Below, piece by piece: positions 1 through 12,639 of a stretch of 64,000 nt of DNA (within the stretch, counting starts at the first letter, position 1; each line of letters begins with the position of its first letter). The notes beneath the pieces were generated by a model. That model was not told the origin of the DNA, made no database searches, and saw only the letters and a program-made list of their open reading frames with translations. The stretch is from Hypanus sabinus. Lineage: Eukaryota. A program made the position numbers and the translations under genes. The stretch is from positions 26,412,001 to 26,476,000 of the forward strand of contig NC_082722.1 in NCBI RefSeq assembly GCF_030144855.1. Reading direction: 5' to 3'.

Positions 1-545
1 CCTCTTACCTCCCAGGTTCTTACTTCATGCCACCGCCCAACCGCACACGTTCCTTTCCCCCTCCCTCAAAGCCCCGTCAACCTGGCTTCACCCATCACCC
101 TCATCTCTCTTCTGTTCTCAACTCCGTTCTCTTTTCTTCTCTGCTGTCCTGACGATAACTTCTTCTCTTGTCTCACTTCCTTCCCTTTCTCCCGTAGTCT
201 CCTCTCCTAATGGATTCCTTATTCTCCAGCTCTTTGCATTTTCAACCTCTTACCTCACAGCTTCCTACTTCATGCCTCCGTCCAACTGCACAAGCTTCTC
301 TCCCCTCCAGCCTCCACCACCAAAGTACGCTCAACCTGGCTTCCCCTACCTCCTGCTAAATTGTCTTTGTTCTCACCGCCTTTTTATTCTGGCATATTCT
401 TCCGTCCTTTCCAGCACTAATGAAGGGACTCTGACCGAAACGTTGACCGTTCATCTATTTCTAGAGATGCTGTCTGGTCTGCTGAGTTCACTTTGTGTGT
501 GGTGCTCCAGATTCAAGTATCTGCAGGATCTCCTGTGTTACTGAT
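1..545 (+). mobile_element. Penelope-like (PLE)-derived non-autonomous fragment: CT-rich body plus terminal motif
   Basis: CT-rich tract followed by ctaatgaagggactctgaccgaaacgttgaccg...gatgctgtctggtctgctgagttc...tgtgtg. The same terminal motif follows a GIY-YIG C-terminal remnant at 14075-14762 and 29060-29515. Confidence 0.6.
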
Positions 546-959
546 ACGAATGCTCTTTTATCAATCCTTTGAGAAAACATTCGACATTATCGGAAAACAG
601 GAACACTGGGAGCTAAAGGTAACGTGCTGTATCTGACGGAGAATTGCTTAGACAGCTGCCGCTGAGAGAAGGGAAGACGGAGTACACAGAATGCTGAAAT
701 CCCTTTGGTCTTGTACCCAATCGTCTCAGTATGTTTTCAAAGTCTTGAATGAAGTAACACAAGACCATGGGGATGAATATTGGGTAAGATAGCGCAGTAA
801 TTTCTGGACGTCAACAGCAAAATATTACAAAAATCCGATGTCTGCAAAAACTAGAGGCAACCGAAACATGTCTAAGATTTCTGTTGGTTCCCCCCCCCCC
901 ATGAATGGTTGCAAATTAAGGAACTGATTTTATTTCCCATTCATTGATTCTCCCTGCTC

Positions 960-1595
960 TACCGATCACCATTCACGTTACAGTGTAAGTAGAGTGGAAT
1001 TTGCAATCGTTGCAAGATGTCTGTAAGTACGTTTTATCGATGACAATGTTCCTGATAGCTGGGGAAAGAGTTTATATGATAAAGGGATGCACATAGTAAT
1101 AGTCATATATTGCACAAAATTACTCAATTCGAGGGGATTCACGAATAGTCCGACACGTCTCTTGTGAAAGTCAATCCAATAGCCTTTCGTGTTCAGTGGG
1201 AATGTCAAATCCGCACATTTCGAACATCTGATTTTATTGATAACTGTCAAATCTTCCCAAATCTTCCAAAACGAAAACAAAGAACAAAGATTTAAAAAAC
1301 TTAAAACTCCAAAGAATTGTTTTTTTTCATAGTTATGGATATTTTCAAACAGATTAAACATCGTTTTTAGCAGTGAATAAATTTCAATTATCAAGTATTT
1401 GAGGATTTCAATACAATTTGGCTAATACTTGTAAGGTGAATTTTAAACTGATGACTCATCTGTACTTTGTTTTACCCTCGACTGGGATTCTCATCATTTC
1501 CTTCTATTTATCAGTAAGGAATATTCCCGTCACCTCCAAAAGTCAGGTAGGTAGATTTCCCACACAAATTAATTTCATTTGAGCGGGACAGTTGG
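960..1595. repeat. Duplicated non-coding segment (other copies at 3120-3520 and 15190-15840)
   Basis: Direct sequence match, e.g. gtggaatttgcaatc(g/c)ttgcaagat, aatccaatagcctt, ttttaaact...tgtactt...cctcga, cacacaaattaatttcat. Confidence 0.85.
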
Positions 1596-1665
1596 TTATG
1601 TCATTTGTTGATTCTTTGTCCAGTGAATGCAACTTTTTTCAGCATTTTTACTTGTGTTTTGTTAG

Positions 1666-3032
1666 CCTCAAAAGCAGATTTAGCCAAATTGGAATAATTC
1701 CCTCCAATCTTAAAAGTCTCAATCGGCGTAACTGAATCCATGTTCTGAAAATTTCCAATGCTGCAAGATATGGCAGAAGTTTCGTGGTGAAAGCAGGGGC
1801 AGAAGGTATTTATAGAACCAGACAGCAGGAATCAGTAAAATGTAAAGAAAGGCAGAGGCACATTTACCATCCTGAATGTGAAATACGCAGACGTCCGCGT
1901 GTGTTACTGTCAAGTGCAAAGTCAACAACAAATGTTAGGAAATGGAAGAGGCTCTCAGCGTTTTGTGTTAAGTAAATGCTGTTACACCTGGAAGTGGAAA
2001 ATTTTCAAGGTTTTGCATTCTAGAAAAAGCTAAGATTGCAGAAATGTGGTGAAATTGTATTGCTAGTTTAAACATTTCTGCGACTGATTCGCATTACAGT
2101 TTTTAAGAGAAAGGAAAAACAGTAATTTAGGATGTCCCACTACGTTATGCCTGTATTCCTACACAACGCCCCACCCTGCCCCCGCCTTGACCTATTCCTG
2201 CAGACAAATTGAAAGCGAAGCGTTGTCGAGGTTAAACGATTCCGCCCGTTCTTCAGCCTTCTTTTACACCACCACTAATAGGCTCCTGCAATTGCTTAAC
2301 CGCGTAGCCACAAATATTTATACAAAAGTTTGTAAGTAATTAGTAAATATCGTTCACTCCTCCAAATCCCGAAGAACTTTTGTGGAACGGGGAACATCTA
2401 ACACCGTAATCAACAGTTCAGTATAGTCCCAGAGGAATATATTCACCTTTCAACTAAAGCCCAAAGGGAATCAAAGCCACTTCATTAATGTCAATTGCGG
2501 GGCAATTGCGTTATAACTCTACAGTGAGAAACACAGCTTGACCCGTATGCTGCTCCACAATGCTGATCTCATTGAAACTAGCATAGTTATGTAGATTCAC
2601 TGCCACTCATTTTGCGTGAATACGAAAATAACCAAGAAGGGCAGAGGTAGGAACAAAAATGGTCAATTTTAAGAAGAAATAAAGCCAGTCCTAGCACGCG
2701 TAAATCTGCTAGGTTTATTCCGTTCAGGTGTGCGTTCCCCACCTGTCACCAACACACTTGTTTTGTCATGTTTACTTGCTCCCTGAAACAAATATTAACT
2801 AACAAGCTCAGGGGAATCCAAACGACTGCAGTGAAAGCCATTGAGAGTGGTAGCGTGAGGCGGAGAATACATACGATCAAATAATAGCTAAATATTCGAC
2901 GTCTCCCTTCATTCTGTTGCAGCTCCCCCAACTTCGCTGAAAATCATTCGAGTTAAAGAAACTTCACCCAAGTCCCGGAAACTCACGTGTAAAACTGCAG
3001 CATTTTATCCGAAGAAATTATAGATCTTTTAA
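1666..3032 (+). pseudogene. Copy A of the VJ-C1 IgSF receptor: V pseudo-exon 1666-1971 and 5' part of the C1 exon 2923-3032
   Basis: The V exon has the same 306-nt length and splice positions as 19138-19443, is about 83% identical (53/306 mismatches by hand) and carries four in-frame stops, including B-strand Cys TGC>TGA and Trp TGG>TGA. The C1 remnant reads TPPTSLKIIRVKETSPKSRKLTCKTAAFYPKKL*IF* and then homology ends. No leader exon is present. Confidence 0.93.
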
Positions 3033-3731
3033 CTATGTCAACGATCCCGATGTCTGGGAACGACTTTATGTGAGAAAACCATTGACATGAATTTTATTAC
3101 ATAATTAAAGGGCTGACATCAGTAGTCTGATTCGAAATTTGAGGAAATTAGTTTAATAGTCTCCAGTGTTAACTCGGTCTGTGAAATCGAAATCGATTTA
3201 GAAGGGTGATTCCTTTTTTTTTGGCTAAATTTGAAGCGACCCAAATATTTCATCCCAACGGAGAAATATAAGTTTTTCTTAGTTATCAGTACTTTCGAAG
3301 ACATAAATACATTCTTTCAGCACACATTTCAATTAACAAGCACCAGTAGAATTGAAAACAATTTAGCCAACATTTGTAAAGTGTATTTTAAACTCATAAG
3401 ACATTTGTACTTCGTTTTCCCCTCGAATGCGATTCCCATCATTCTCTTGTTGTCAGCGAATATACCTTGCAGTTCTAAAATCCAGCTCGGTATTTGTGCA
3501 CCGAAATTTATTTCATTGGTGTGGTTCCACTCTTTGCTTTCGGAGCTCCCCTCCCTCGTTGCGTCACAATACTCTGTCCCTTTTTTAGGGAGAGAGAGAG
3601 AGAGATGGGGCATGTTGTATTGGTTGGCTAGGCGATTAGTTTCTTCTGTATTTTCACCAAAGAATTCACAACACACTGTTTCGTCAACGATTTGCACAGT
3701 TCAACATGACGTCCCAGATCCTGTACTCATT

Positions 3732-4285
3732 GCCACAATTTGCATTCAATGTCAATAAGACAAAAGAGATGATTGTGGACTTCAGGATGGGTAAGACGAA
3801 AGACCACACACCAATCCTTATACATGAATCAGAAGTGGAGAGACCGAAAGAAGCGACAGAGGGTCGGAAAATTTAGTCGGCTTCATCTTGGGTATAAGCC
3901 TACAAAGTACTCCGTGCATCTTCAAGGAGAAATGTCGCTGAAAAGCAGTGTCCATTATTAAGAATCCCCAGTGCCCAAGGTATGCCATTTTCCCACTGTT
4001 AACGTCAGATAGGAGGAACAGAAATCTGAAGGCACACACTATGCGATTCAGTAACAGCTTCTTCCCCTCTGTCATCCAATTCCTAAATGAACATTGAACC
4101 CGTGAACACTACCGATTTTTAAATACATATTATTTCTATTTTTATACGTTTTAATCTTTTTAATATACACAAAGTCTATTAGATTCATTTATTTCCCTTT
4201 CTGTAGATTATGTATTTCATTGATCTGCTGCTGCTAAGTTAACAAATTTCACGACACATGTCGGTGATAACAAACCTGATTGTTA
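3732..4285 (+). mobile_element. Rex1/L2-type LINE 3' fragment, internally deleted
   Basis: Translates as AFNVNKTKEMIVDFRMGKTKDHTPILI (NVxKTKEMIVDFR RT C-terminal motif); ends in acaaatttcacgacacatgtcggtgataacaaacctgatt. Confidence 0.65.
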
Positions 4286-4299
4286 TACTGTACTGGTTC

Positions 4300-5060
4300 T
4301 CATTTCGAACCGTCGATTCAATGTTGACAAATAACTTCTTTACCAGCCTGTCCACGTCTGTCGACAATTTTACAAATCAACCTGCCTGTACCTCTCAGTC
4401 ACCGTGTTCTCCTTCAATACCCAGGGAAATCCATTGTGCAATTCCTGCCGTAGCTTAAATAACCAAAAAGCAACGAACCAATATTTGCAAATATCCGAGT
4501 TGAAATCTATCTCTAATTGCTTGGCCCACTTTCCTAGTTCTTTGTCTTAGTTAACTTTCCCTGTCTGGTGGATCACTAATTCCACTGCACCCTGAAATTT
4601 ATTAACAATCTAAAAATACTACTAACTAAATGTTTCAGAGATGTCAGAGAATACTGCAACCAGGGCCTACCTGTTCAATACATTAGTTGCAGGCCTTTAC
4701 TCTTGGTATCAAATCTCCACTATCACCGTCTGATTCCCTAGTAAACCAATGTTGTGCTCCTGTGTTCAGTTGGCTGGCTCACCCTGGCTTCCGTGTCACC
4801 CAGCATTCTATACTAGACTGTCATACGGGACCATGCAACATTTAATTAAGATATTGTCCACTGCCCTCTCCTTAGCAATTTTATGCCCAACCTTTTCAAA
4901 ACAACTGAATCAAATTTGTGAGAGAGAATTCTCCATGAGAAGCCCATTGTGACAGTGACCTTTAGGCTCTTAGCTTTTCCAAATTTTGATAGATTGTGTC
5001 CTTCATTCAGTATCTTTTCCCGGCACCGATATTTGGCTCACTACCTGTACTTGCGTGCCT
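4300..5060 (-). mobile_element. Old CR1-type LINE remnant that is part of the duplicated unit
   Basis: Matches 16640-17350 and 31380-31930 (gggcctacctgttca.tacat...caaat.tccactatcacc); antisense to CR1 RT-like sequence. Confidence 0.6.
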
Positions 5061-5129
5061 GCTTAAATGAATGCGCTTTAGCCACTTTTTAGCGATCCGG
5101 TGGCAAAATCCTGCTTAAAAACGGTACTG

Positions 5130-8100
5130 GTACCTCTGTTATTTAAAACGAGATCTTCCCGGACGTTGGTCCATTGTGCGGGGCCTATCAGCGGCGGCAA
5201 CTGAGCTCGATAAACTAAAGTACAGAATGGTTAAGCGGAGCGGCCATTGCCAGGAATAGGCCAGTGGCGAGAGTAGAAGCAAACGGCTTTGGCTTGTTCA
5301 GGCTTCGGAGGGGTAAGTTGGTAAGTCGACTTCGTTTTTGCCTATTCTTTATATTTTCTGAACATGTTGGTATGGTTAGTATTTTGCTCTGGGTGTCCGA
5401 TATGGGAATCCCGGGAGTCTTGCAGTCTCCCAGATGGCCACATCTGCGCCAAGTGCACCAAGATGTAGCTCCTGACAGACCATATCAGGGATCTGGAGCT
5501 GCGGCTCGATGATCTTCGGCTTATTAGGGAGAATGAACAGGCGATAGATAGAGCTACAGGGAGTTAGTCACCCCAAGGCAGCAGGAGTTAGATAAGTGAG
5601 TGTCGGTGAGGGAAGCGAAGGGCAGAGCTCAGATAATAATGAGCGTCCCAGTGGCCATCCTCCTCTGTAATTGTTATTTCATTCTGGAAGCGGTTGAGGG
5701 GATGACTTGACAGAGGACGACCATGACGATCGGGTCTGTGGTCTGAGAGAAAGAAGATGATGAATGCGGTAGTCATAGGGGGTTCTATAATAAGGGGAAC
5801 AGACCGCAGGTTCTTTTAGCTTGATGTACGTGCCTGCATGGTGTGTTGCCTTCTAGGTACGAGGGTAAGGGTTGTCTCAGATAGGGTGCAGAGTATTCTG
5901 AAGGGAGAGGGTGAACAGCCAGAAATCCTGGTACACATTGATACGAATGACAAATGTAGAAAAAGGGAGGGGTGTGAAGAGAGAATTCAGGGAGTTAGGT
6001 AGAAAGCTGAAAAGCAGGACCTCCAGGGCAGTAATCTCAGGATTGTTGTCTGTGCCACGTGCTAGCGAATGCAAAAATAGCATGTTCAGGCGAATTAATG
6101 TGTGGCGGAGAGACTGGTGTAAACGGCAGGGCTTCAGATTCCGACATCATCGGGGCATATTCTGGGGGAGAAACTTCCTGTACGAAATGGAGGGGTTACA
6201 CCTGTACCCGAAGGCGTCCAATATTCTACTGGGCACATTTAATAAAGCAGTTAGGGAGTGTTTTAGCTCATTTGGCGGGGGGATGGGAACCTGAGTGATC
6301 GGGCTGAGGAAGGGGAAACAGAAATAAATCAAAGATAGCGTGCGACAGAGATAATACAAAAAGCAGGCAGGAGATGAGGTTTAATCACAGCCAGTGGCGT
6401 GAGTTACAGGGCCACAGAGTCGCGGTGTAGTTAAACCAGAAAACAACAAATACTGGACTGAAAGTGTTATATTTGAATGCACGCAGCATAAGGAATGAAA
6501 CGGACAATCTTGAAATTCAGTTGCAGATTGGCAAATATGATATTGTGGCCATCTCTGACGCTTAGCTAAAAGATAGCTGCAATTGGGAGCCTAACGTCCA
6601 ATGATATACAGTGTATCCTAAAGACAGATTAGTAGACTGAGTGTGTGGTGTGGCGCTGTGTATAAAAATCATATTAAAGCATTAGAAAGAGATGACATAG
6701 GAATGGAAGGTCCAGAGAGTGTACTGGTTGAGTTAAGAAATGAAAATGTAAAAGGACCCTAATTGCAGTTGTATTCTGGCCTCCGAACAGCAGCTAGGAT
6801 GTGGATTACAAATTACAGCAAGAGATAGAAAAGGCGTGACAGAAACGCAATGTCATGATAATCGTTGGGATTTTCACATTAAAGTGGGTTGAGAAAGCCA
6901 GCTCAGTACTGGACCTCAAGAGAGAATTTGTAGAATGTCCGAGGGATGGATTTTTAGAACAGCTTGTTGTTGACCCCAGTAGGGGATCGGCTGTGCTGGA
7001 TTGGGTGCTGTGCAATGATCCGGAGGTTATAAGAGAGCATAAGGTTAAGGAGCCCTGAGGCAAGAGTGATCACAATATGAGAGCGTTCACAGTGAAATTT
7101 CAGAGGGAAATGTAAAATCCAATGTGTCTGTATTTCAGTGGAATAAAGGAAATTACAATGGCATGAGAGGCGAACTGGTTGAAGTCGACTGGATAGGGAC
7201 ATTTGCAGGAACGACAACAGAGCAGCATAGCTGGAGTTTCTGGAAAAATGAGGGAAGCGCAGGATAGATATATTCCAAATAACAAGATATTTTCAAAGGT
7301 AATAAGGACACTACCGTGGCTAACAAGGGAAGTCAGAGCCAAAGTAATAGCAAAAGATAAGGCATGCAAGGAAGCCAGAGCTAGTGGAAAGATAGCGAAT
7401 TGAGAAGCTCTTAAAAACTTGCAGAGGGAAGCTAAGAAGTTCATTATGAAGGAAAAGATGAATTTTGAAAGGAAGCTGGCGACTGATATCAAAGAAGTTA
7501 CTTAAAGTTTTTTCATGTACATAAGGGCTGAAAGGCAGTCGAGGGTAGATACAGGACCAATACAAAATGATGCTGGAGATATTGTAATGACAGATGCAGA
7601 GCTGACAAAGGAACTGCATGTGTATTGTGCGTCAGTCTTCACAGTGGAAGACGTTTGCAGTATACCGGACAATCAAGAGTGTCAGGAAAATGAAGTTTGT
7701 GCAGTGAAAATTACGACTGCGAAGGTGTCACGAAGCTTAATGGTGTGAGGGTGGATAAATGTCCTGGACCTGATGGAATGCACCCTTGAGGTCTGAAGGA
7801 ACGAGCTGGAGAGATTGCGGAGGGATTATTGATTATCTTTCAAGAATCGATAGATTCTGGCATTAGAAGCCTGGAAATATAGAAAACCTACAGCACAATA
7901 AAAGACCTTCGACCCACAAAGTTGTAGCGAACATGTCCTTATCCTAGAACTACCTGGAACTACCCAGAGCTCTCCATGTTTCCAAGCTCCATGTTTCTAT
8001 CCAAGAATCTATTAAACGATCCTATCTTTTCCCCCTGCACCAGCGCCGCTGGCTGCCCATTCCATGCACTCACCACTCTCTGTGTAAAAAACTTAACCCT

Positions 8101-9718
8101 GACATCTCTTCTGTGCCATCTTCCAAACACCATAAAACCATGCCCTCTCGAGCTAGCCAGTTCAGCCCTGGGAGAAAGTATCTGCCTATCCACACGGTCA
8201 ATGCCTCTCATTATCTTGTACACTTCTATCAGGTCAGCTCGCATCCTTCGTGGCTCCAAGAAAAAAATGTGCGAGTTCACTAAACCTATTATTAGAAGAC
8301 GTGCTCTCCCATCCATGCAACAACCATGTTGGTATAACATCATTAAACCAGATGACTAGAAAATGGCAAATGCTATTCCGCTATTTAAGAAGGATGATGA
8401 GGGAGCAGAAAGGAAACTATGGATCTGTTAGCCTGGTATCAGTGGTTGGGAAGTTATTGGAATCGATTGTTAGGGATGAGATTAAGATGTATCTGGCGGC
8501 ACATTACAATATAGGCCATAGCCAGAATGGTTTAATGAAAGGAAAATCCTGCCATTTTTTGAGGAATTTACAGGCAGGGTAGACAAAGGATATGTGGTAG
8601 ATGTTGTGTACTTGGATTTTCAGAAGGCCTTTGACAAATTGCCTCACAAGAAGCTGCCTGGCAAGATAAGAGCCTATGGAATTACAGAGAAGTTACTAGC
8701 ATGGGGGGAGCATTGGCTGCTTGGCAGAAAACAGAGAGTGGGTATAACCAGATCCTATTCTGGCTGGCTGCTGGTTACCAGTGGAGTTCCATAGCGGTCA
8801 GTGTTGGGACTGCTGCCTTTTCCGAGGATTTTGAATGAATTGGTCTACGGTATTAATGGATTAGTGACTAAATTTGCCAATAATACAAAGATAGGTGGAG
8901 GAGTGGGTAGTGTTGAGGAAACAGAGAGCCTACAGAGATACTTAAATTGTTTAGGGGAATCGGCAAAGAAGTGGGAAAATAAATATAAATTTGGAAAGTG
9001 TATGATCATGCAATTTGATGGAAGAAATAAAAGGGGAGACTATTATTTAGACGGAGAAAGAATTCAAAATGCAGAGTTGCAAAGGGACTTGGAAGTTCTT
9101 GTGCAAGATACTCTAAAGATTAACCTGCAGGTTGAGTCGGTTGTGAAGAAGACGAATGCAAAGTTTGCATTCATTTCTAGAGGTATAGAATATAAGAGCA
9201 GGGATGTGATGTTGAGACTCTATAAGGCACTCGTGAGACCACACTTGTAATATTGTGTGCAGTTTTGGGCTCCTTTTTTCAGAAAGGATATACTGACATT
9301 GTAAAGTGTTCAGAGATGATTTATAAAAATGATTCCACAATGAAAGTGTTACCGTATGAAGAAAATCTGGTAGCTCTTGGGGAAGTTATTTTGCATGGTA
9401 GGGGAATCCAGGACAAGAGGGCACGAATTCAACATTGCAGGACGTCCATTTGGTACTGAAATGCGGAGAAATGACTTTCGTCAAAGAGTGGTAAATCTAT
9501 GATTTTTTTTTGCCACAAGCGTCTGTGGAGGCCAGGTCATTGGGTGTACACAAGGCAGAGATAGTTTCTTGGTCATACAGAGCATGAAAGGGTATGTGGT
9601 GAAGGCACTGGAGTGGGCATGACGAAAAGAATTGGATCAGCCCATAATTAAGTGGCCTAGCAGGCTTGATGGGCCGAATAGCCTACTCCTACTACTATAT
9701 CTTATGGTCTTATGTTCT
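5130..9718 (+). mobile_element. Near full-length degenerate CR1-type LINE (esterase-like ORF1, APE-RT ORF2)
   Basis: ORF1-like LGRKLKSRTSRAVISGLLSVPRAS...WCKRQGFRF; APE-like tatttgaatgcacgcagcata (YLNARSI); RT motifs VDVVYLDFQKAFDK, VTSGVP, KFANNTKIGG; 3' tail cttatggtcttatg. Many stops and frameshifts. Confidence 0.9.
7878..8346 (-). mobile_element. Inverted CR1 3' fragment nested in the 5130-9718 LINE
   Basis: The minus-strand ORF 7960-8343 reads RRMRADLIEVYKIMRGIDRVD...FFTQRVVSAWN; host LINE sequence resumes after 8346. Confidence 0.85.
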
Positions 9719-10715
9719 CAGCAAGAAATGAGTGAGCAGACCCCATCGGCAAAATTACCAGAATCTCCTCCTATATCTTATGACTTTATTGCTGATTAGC
9801 TTGATCGGCATCCTCGTTTCCCCCCCGACTCGTGACCCCTACAGTCCGCTTGCTGCTTGAAGATTTGTCTGAATGATGGGTGGCTGGGGTAGATTTCCCA
9901 TTGTGAATCATTCATTGGCTTCGTTCACACAGGCCTCTTTGCAGCTCAAATCCCCTCGACCTTTCCACTCGTAAATATTGTTTTCACTTCTCCATTCAAG
10001 TAGAAGTGCCAAATGTAATGTCTTATTATTAGTTGACAGTATATTTCTATTCCTATTTCTCTATTTCGTTTTTCATCTACCAATGAATAAAACTAACAAA
10101 CAACCGATTGTCATTTTCTTGAATCGCAAAGAAACCAAATTGGACCAGTTCAGCAAGCAAATATGAAGTGCTGTTTATATTTTCTAAAATATGCTTTCTA
10201 ACTTATTCATTGACAACTCATTTCATTGTTGTTTCAACCCTGTAGCATTATTTGCTAGCACTGTAGAATATCCTGCATACAAAATAAACAGACCTTTCTA
10301 AAGATGATTGAAAAGCACGTCAGGGCACGACATTGTCAAGCCCTCTTCTGGCAATTGTTTCTTAATGCACTCTATGTAAAAGCAAATTTCAGAATCAGTG
10401 GATACAATAACTGTATATTTCAATATGTATGCCTATTGGAGCACTCATTCACGAATGAATAATGCACATTTTAATAAATATCATTTTGAAATATAGCTTA
10501 CTATTATTTCATCGTTAGTCTGATAAATGTCTTAGGTATTATTTAACATACTCAAAAGGAGAAAAATGTTCAGGTCACAGAGTGATGGAAATAAATATTA
10601 TATTTGTGCGGCCAAGAAACTGAGTGACCCTATGGCAACATAAGAAGGAAAGAACAAATAAGTAATCTTAGCATCTTTTAAGCATTCACTTAATCGTCGT
10701 CTCGCCCACACAGAA

Positions 10716-11302
10716 ACTATAAGGCACTGGTAAGACCTCCCTTGGATAACTGTGTGCAATTTTGGGCTCCTTATTTACAAATGGATGTGCTGACATTGGA
10801 GAGGGTTCAGAGAAGATTCACGAGAATGATTCCGGGAATGAGAGGGTTAACATGTGAGGAACGTTTGACTGATCTGGGACTGTACTCCTTGGAGTTTAGA
10901 AGAACGGAGTGGGGGGGACCTCATAGAAACATTTCGAATGTTGAAAGGCATGGACAGAGTGGATGTGGCAAAGTTGTTTCCCATGGTGGGAGAGTCTGGT
11001 ACGAGAGGACATGACTTGAGGATTGCAGGGTGCCCTATCAGAAAAGAGATGCGAAAAAAAATAGCCAGAGGTTTGTGAATCTATGGAATTTGTTGCCACA
11101 GGCGGCAGTGAAAGGCCAAGTCATTGGGTGTATTTAAGGCAGAGATTGATAGGTTTTCTGAGTAGTCAGGGCATGAAAGGTTATGGTGAGAAGGCATTGG
11201 AATAGGTCTAAAGAGGAGATTGGATCAGCTCATGATGTAATGGCGGAGCAGACTCGATAGGCCGAATGGCCGGCTTCTGCTCCTTTGCCTTATGGTCTTA
11301 TG
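10716..11302 (+). mobile_element. CR1 LINE 3' fragment
   Basis: YKALVRP/CVQFWAPYLQMDVLTLERVQRRFTRMIPG motif with cttatggtcttatgg tail. It interrupts a segment that is continuous at 28290-28660. Confidence 0.9.
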
Positions 11303-12419
11303 GAAACAAATATATACGGATATTGAATTCACTTGTTAAAGCTTCGTAACAGCGCAGTGTGTCACTTAAATATAATAACAGCGAATAAAGTTGCTACCTC
11401 ATAAGGCAAGTTTTTACTCATCCGACCTGCTGGACTGTGAAGGTCGTATTTGATTATCCTTAGGGTAGGGACCTCCGGCGTGGTGACTCGACGTAGATAC
11501 AGGGACCGTACTATATTTACAAATGTGAATGCAGGTTGGAGGGCAGTGAGTCCCCAGTGGCCATCCTTGTACTTTGCACTTTCTGGATGGATCATTCAGA
11601 TGGCGGATTGAAATAACATTGTTTATTCACAGTGAACCCTTTCTGCATGATGATGAAAGACATCAGTTTTTCACAACCAAAGTGTTACATTAGTCTATAA
11701 ACGAATCTATATCGACGATTCAAAATGAAGAGGCTTTCTTCAGAGAGTTATAATCCTCATTTGTAATGAACACAACATGAAGCTCTTGTACAGCAAGATT
11801 TAGCTTTACCATGATTCAAAACTGTACGCAAGTCTCGAATCAATGGTAATAACCAAATGCTGACAGTGGGAGGATGCCTAACACAGAAAAAATGCAGAAG
11901 GTTATGGACTCAGCTGAGTTCATCAGGAAACCAGCCTCCCAACTTTGTCGTCTGTATACACTTGGCATCACTTTTCCCTCTCTTTTGCGTGGGTGCGCCT
12001 CCAACGTGGCAACTGAAAAACTCCCGCACACGTGGCATTTGTTGCTGATATAATTTTGAAATCTATGTAAATATAATTATAAAGTACCCTGTATTTAATT
12101 GTGTTGGTCTATATAATCTGTATGTACCACAACCATCACCGTGTAACATTTTAGAGCTTCAACATATTTACAAGCTGTACATTGTCAGTGTTTAAAGTTG
12201 CAACGCTATTAGAAATTCCAACAATAAGCTCGGAATGGAAATTGGTAGATCATTGTTTATAAACTGCCAGTCCGTACATAATTCTTTTACAAACCATGTC
12301 AAAATTTCCTTCTTGGAGCAATTGTTGGTCCGTGCTGCTGTTAAAAATTAGGTAGAGGGAACGTTACTTCACTCTCCCTCAGAAAAGAAACCAGGCTAAT
12401 TAAGGGCATATCCTCTGCA

Positions 12420-12612
12420 CAGACTGAAGTAGGGTCTCGACTCGAAACGTTGATTGTTTATACCTATCCATATTTCAGGAGTTTCCAACCTTTTCATGCC
12501 ACGGACTCCCACCATTAACGGAGGTTGGCAGCCACTGTCAGAGATGGCGCTTGACCTGCTGAGTTCCACCAGCATTTTGTGTTTGTTACTCTGGATTTCA
12601 GAATCTCCTGTG
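12420..12612 (+). mobile_element. PLE-type terminal motif fragment
   Basis: ctgaagtagggtctcgactcgaaacgttgattgttt...gacctgctgagttccaccagcattttgtgt. Confidence 0.55.
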
Positions 12613-12639
12613 CTCATGATTTTCGCTGCCGTGATTAGT

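Noticed and set aside
978-1394. 138-aa minus-strand ORF, and GPCR- or LRR-like readings of the + strand, in the orphan segment
   Set aside because: The paralogous copy at 15190-15640 has several stops in this frame, and mismatches between the copies are not concentrated at its third codon positions (4 of 22 in a 110-nt sample).
3231-3758. 175-aa ORF with a hydrophobic stretch
   Set aside because: No family motif; the frame is broken in the other two copies; it runs through a GA microsatellite into a LINE fragment.
11362-11595. 77-aa ORF (…VTTPEVPTLRII…) and a DTGT/LYLQM look-alike on the opposite strand
   Set aside because: The paralogue at 28450-28660 does not preserve the frame; no Cys/Trp Ig framework or splice sites.
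11789-11836. ITAM-like YSKI-x8-YASL
   Set aside because: It contains an in-frame stop and has no linked TM exon. A rough composition estimate predicts on the order of 20 such matches by chance in six frames of 64 kb.
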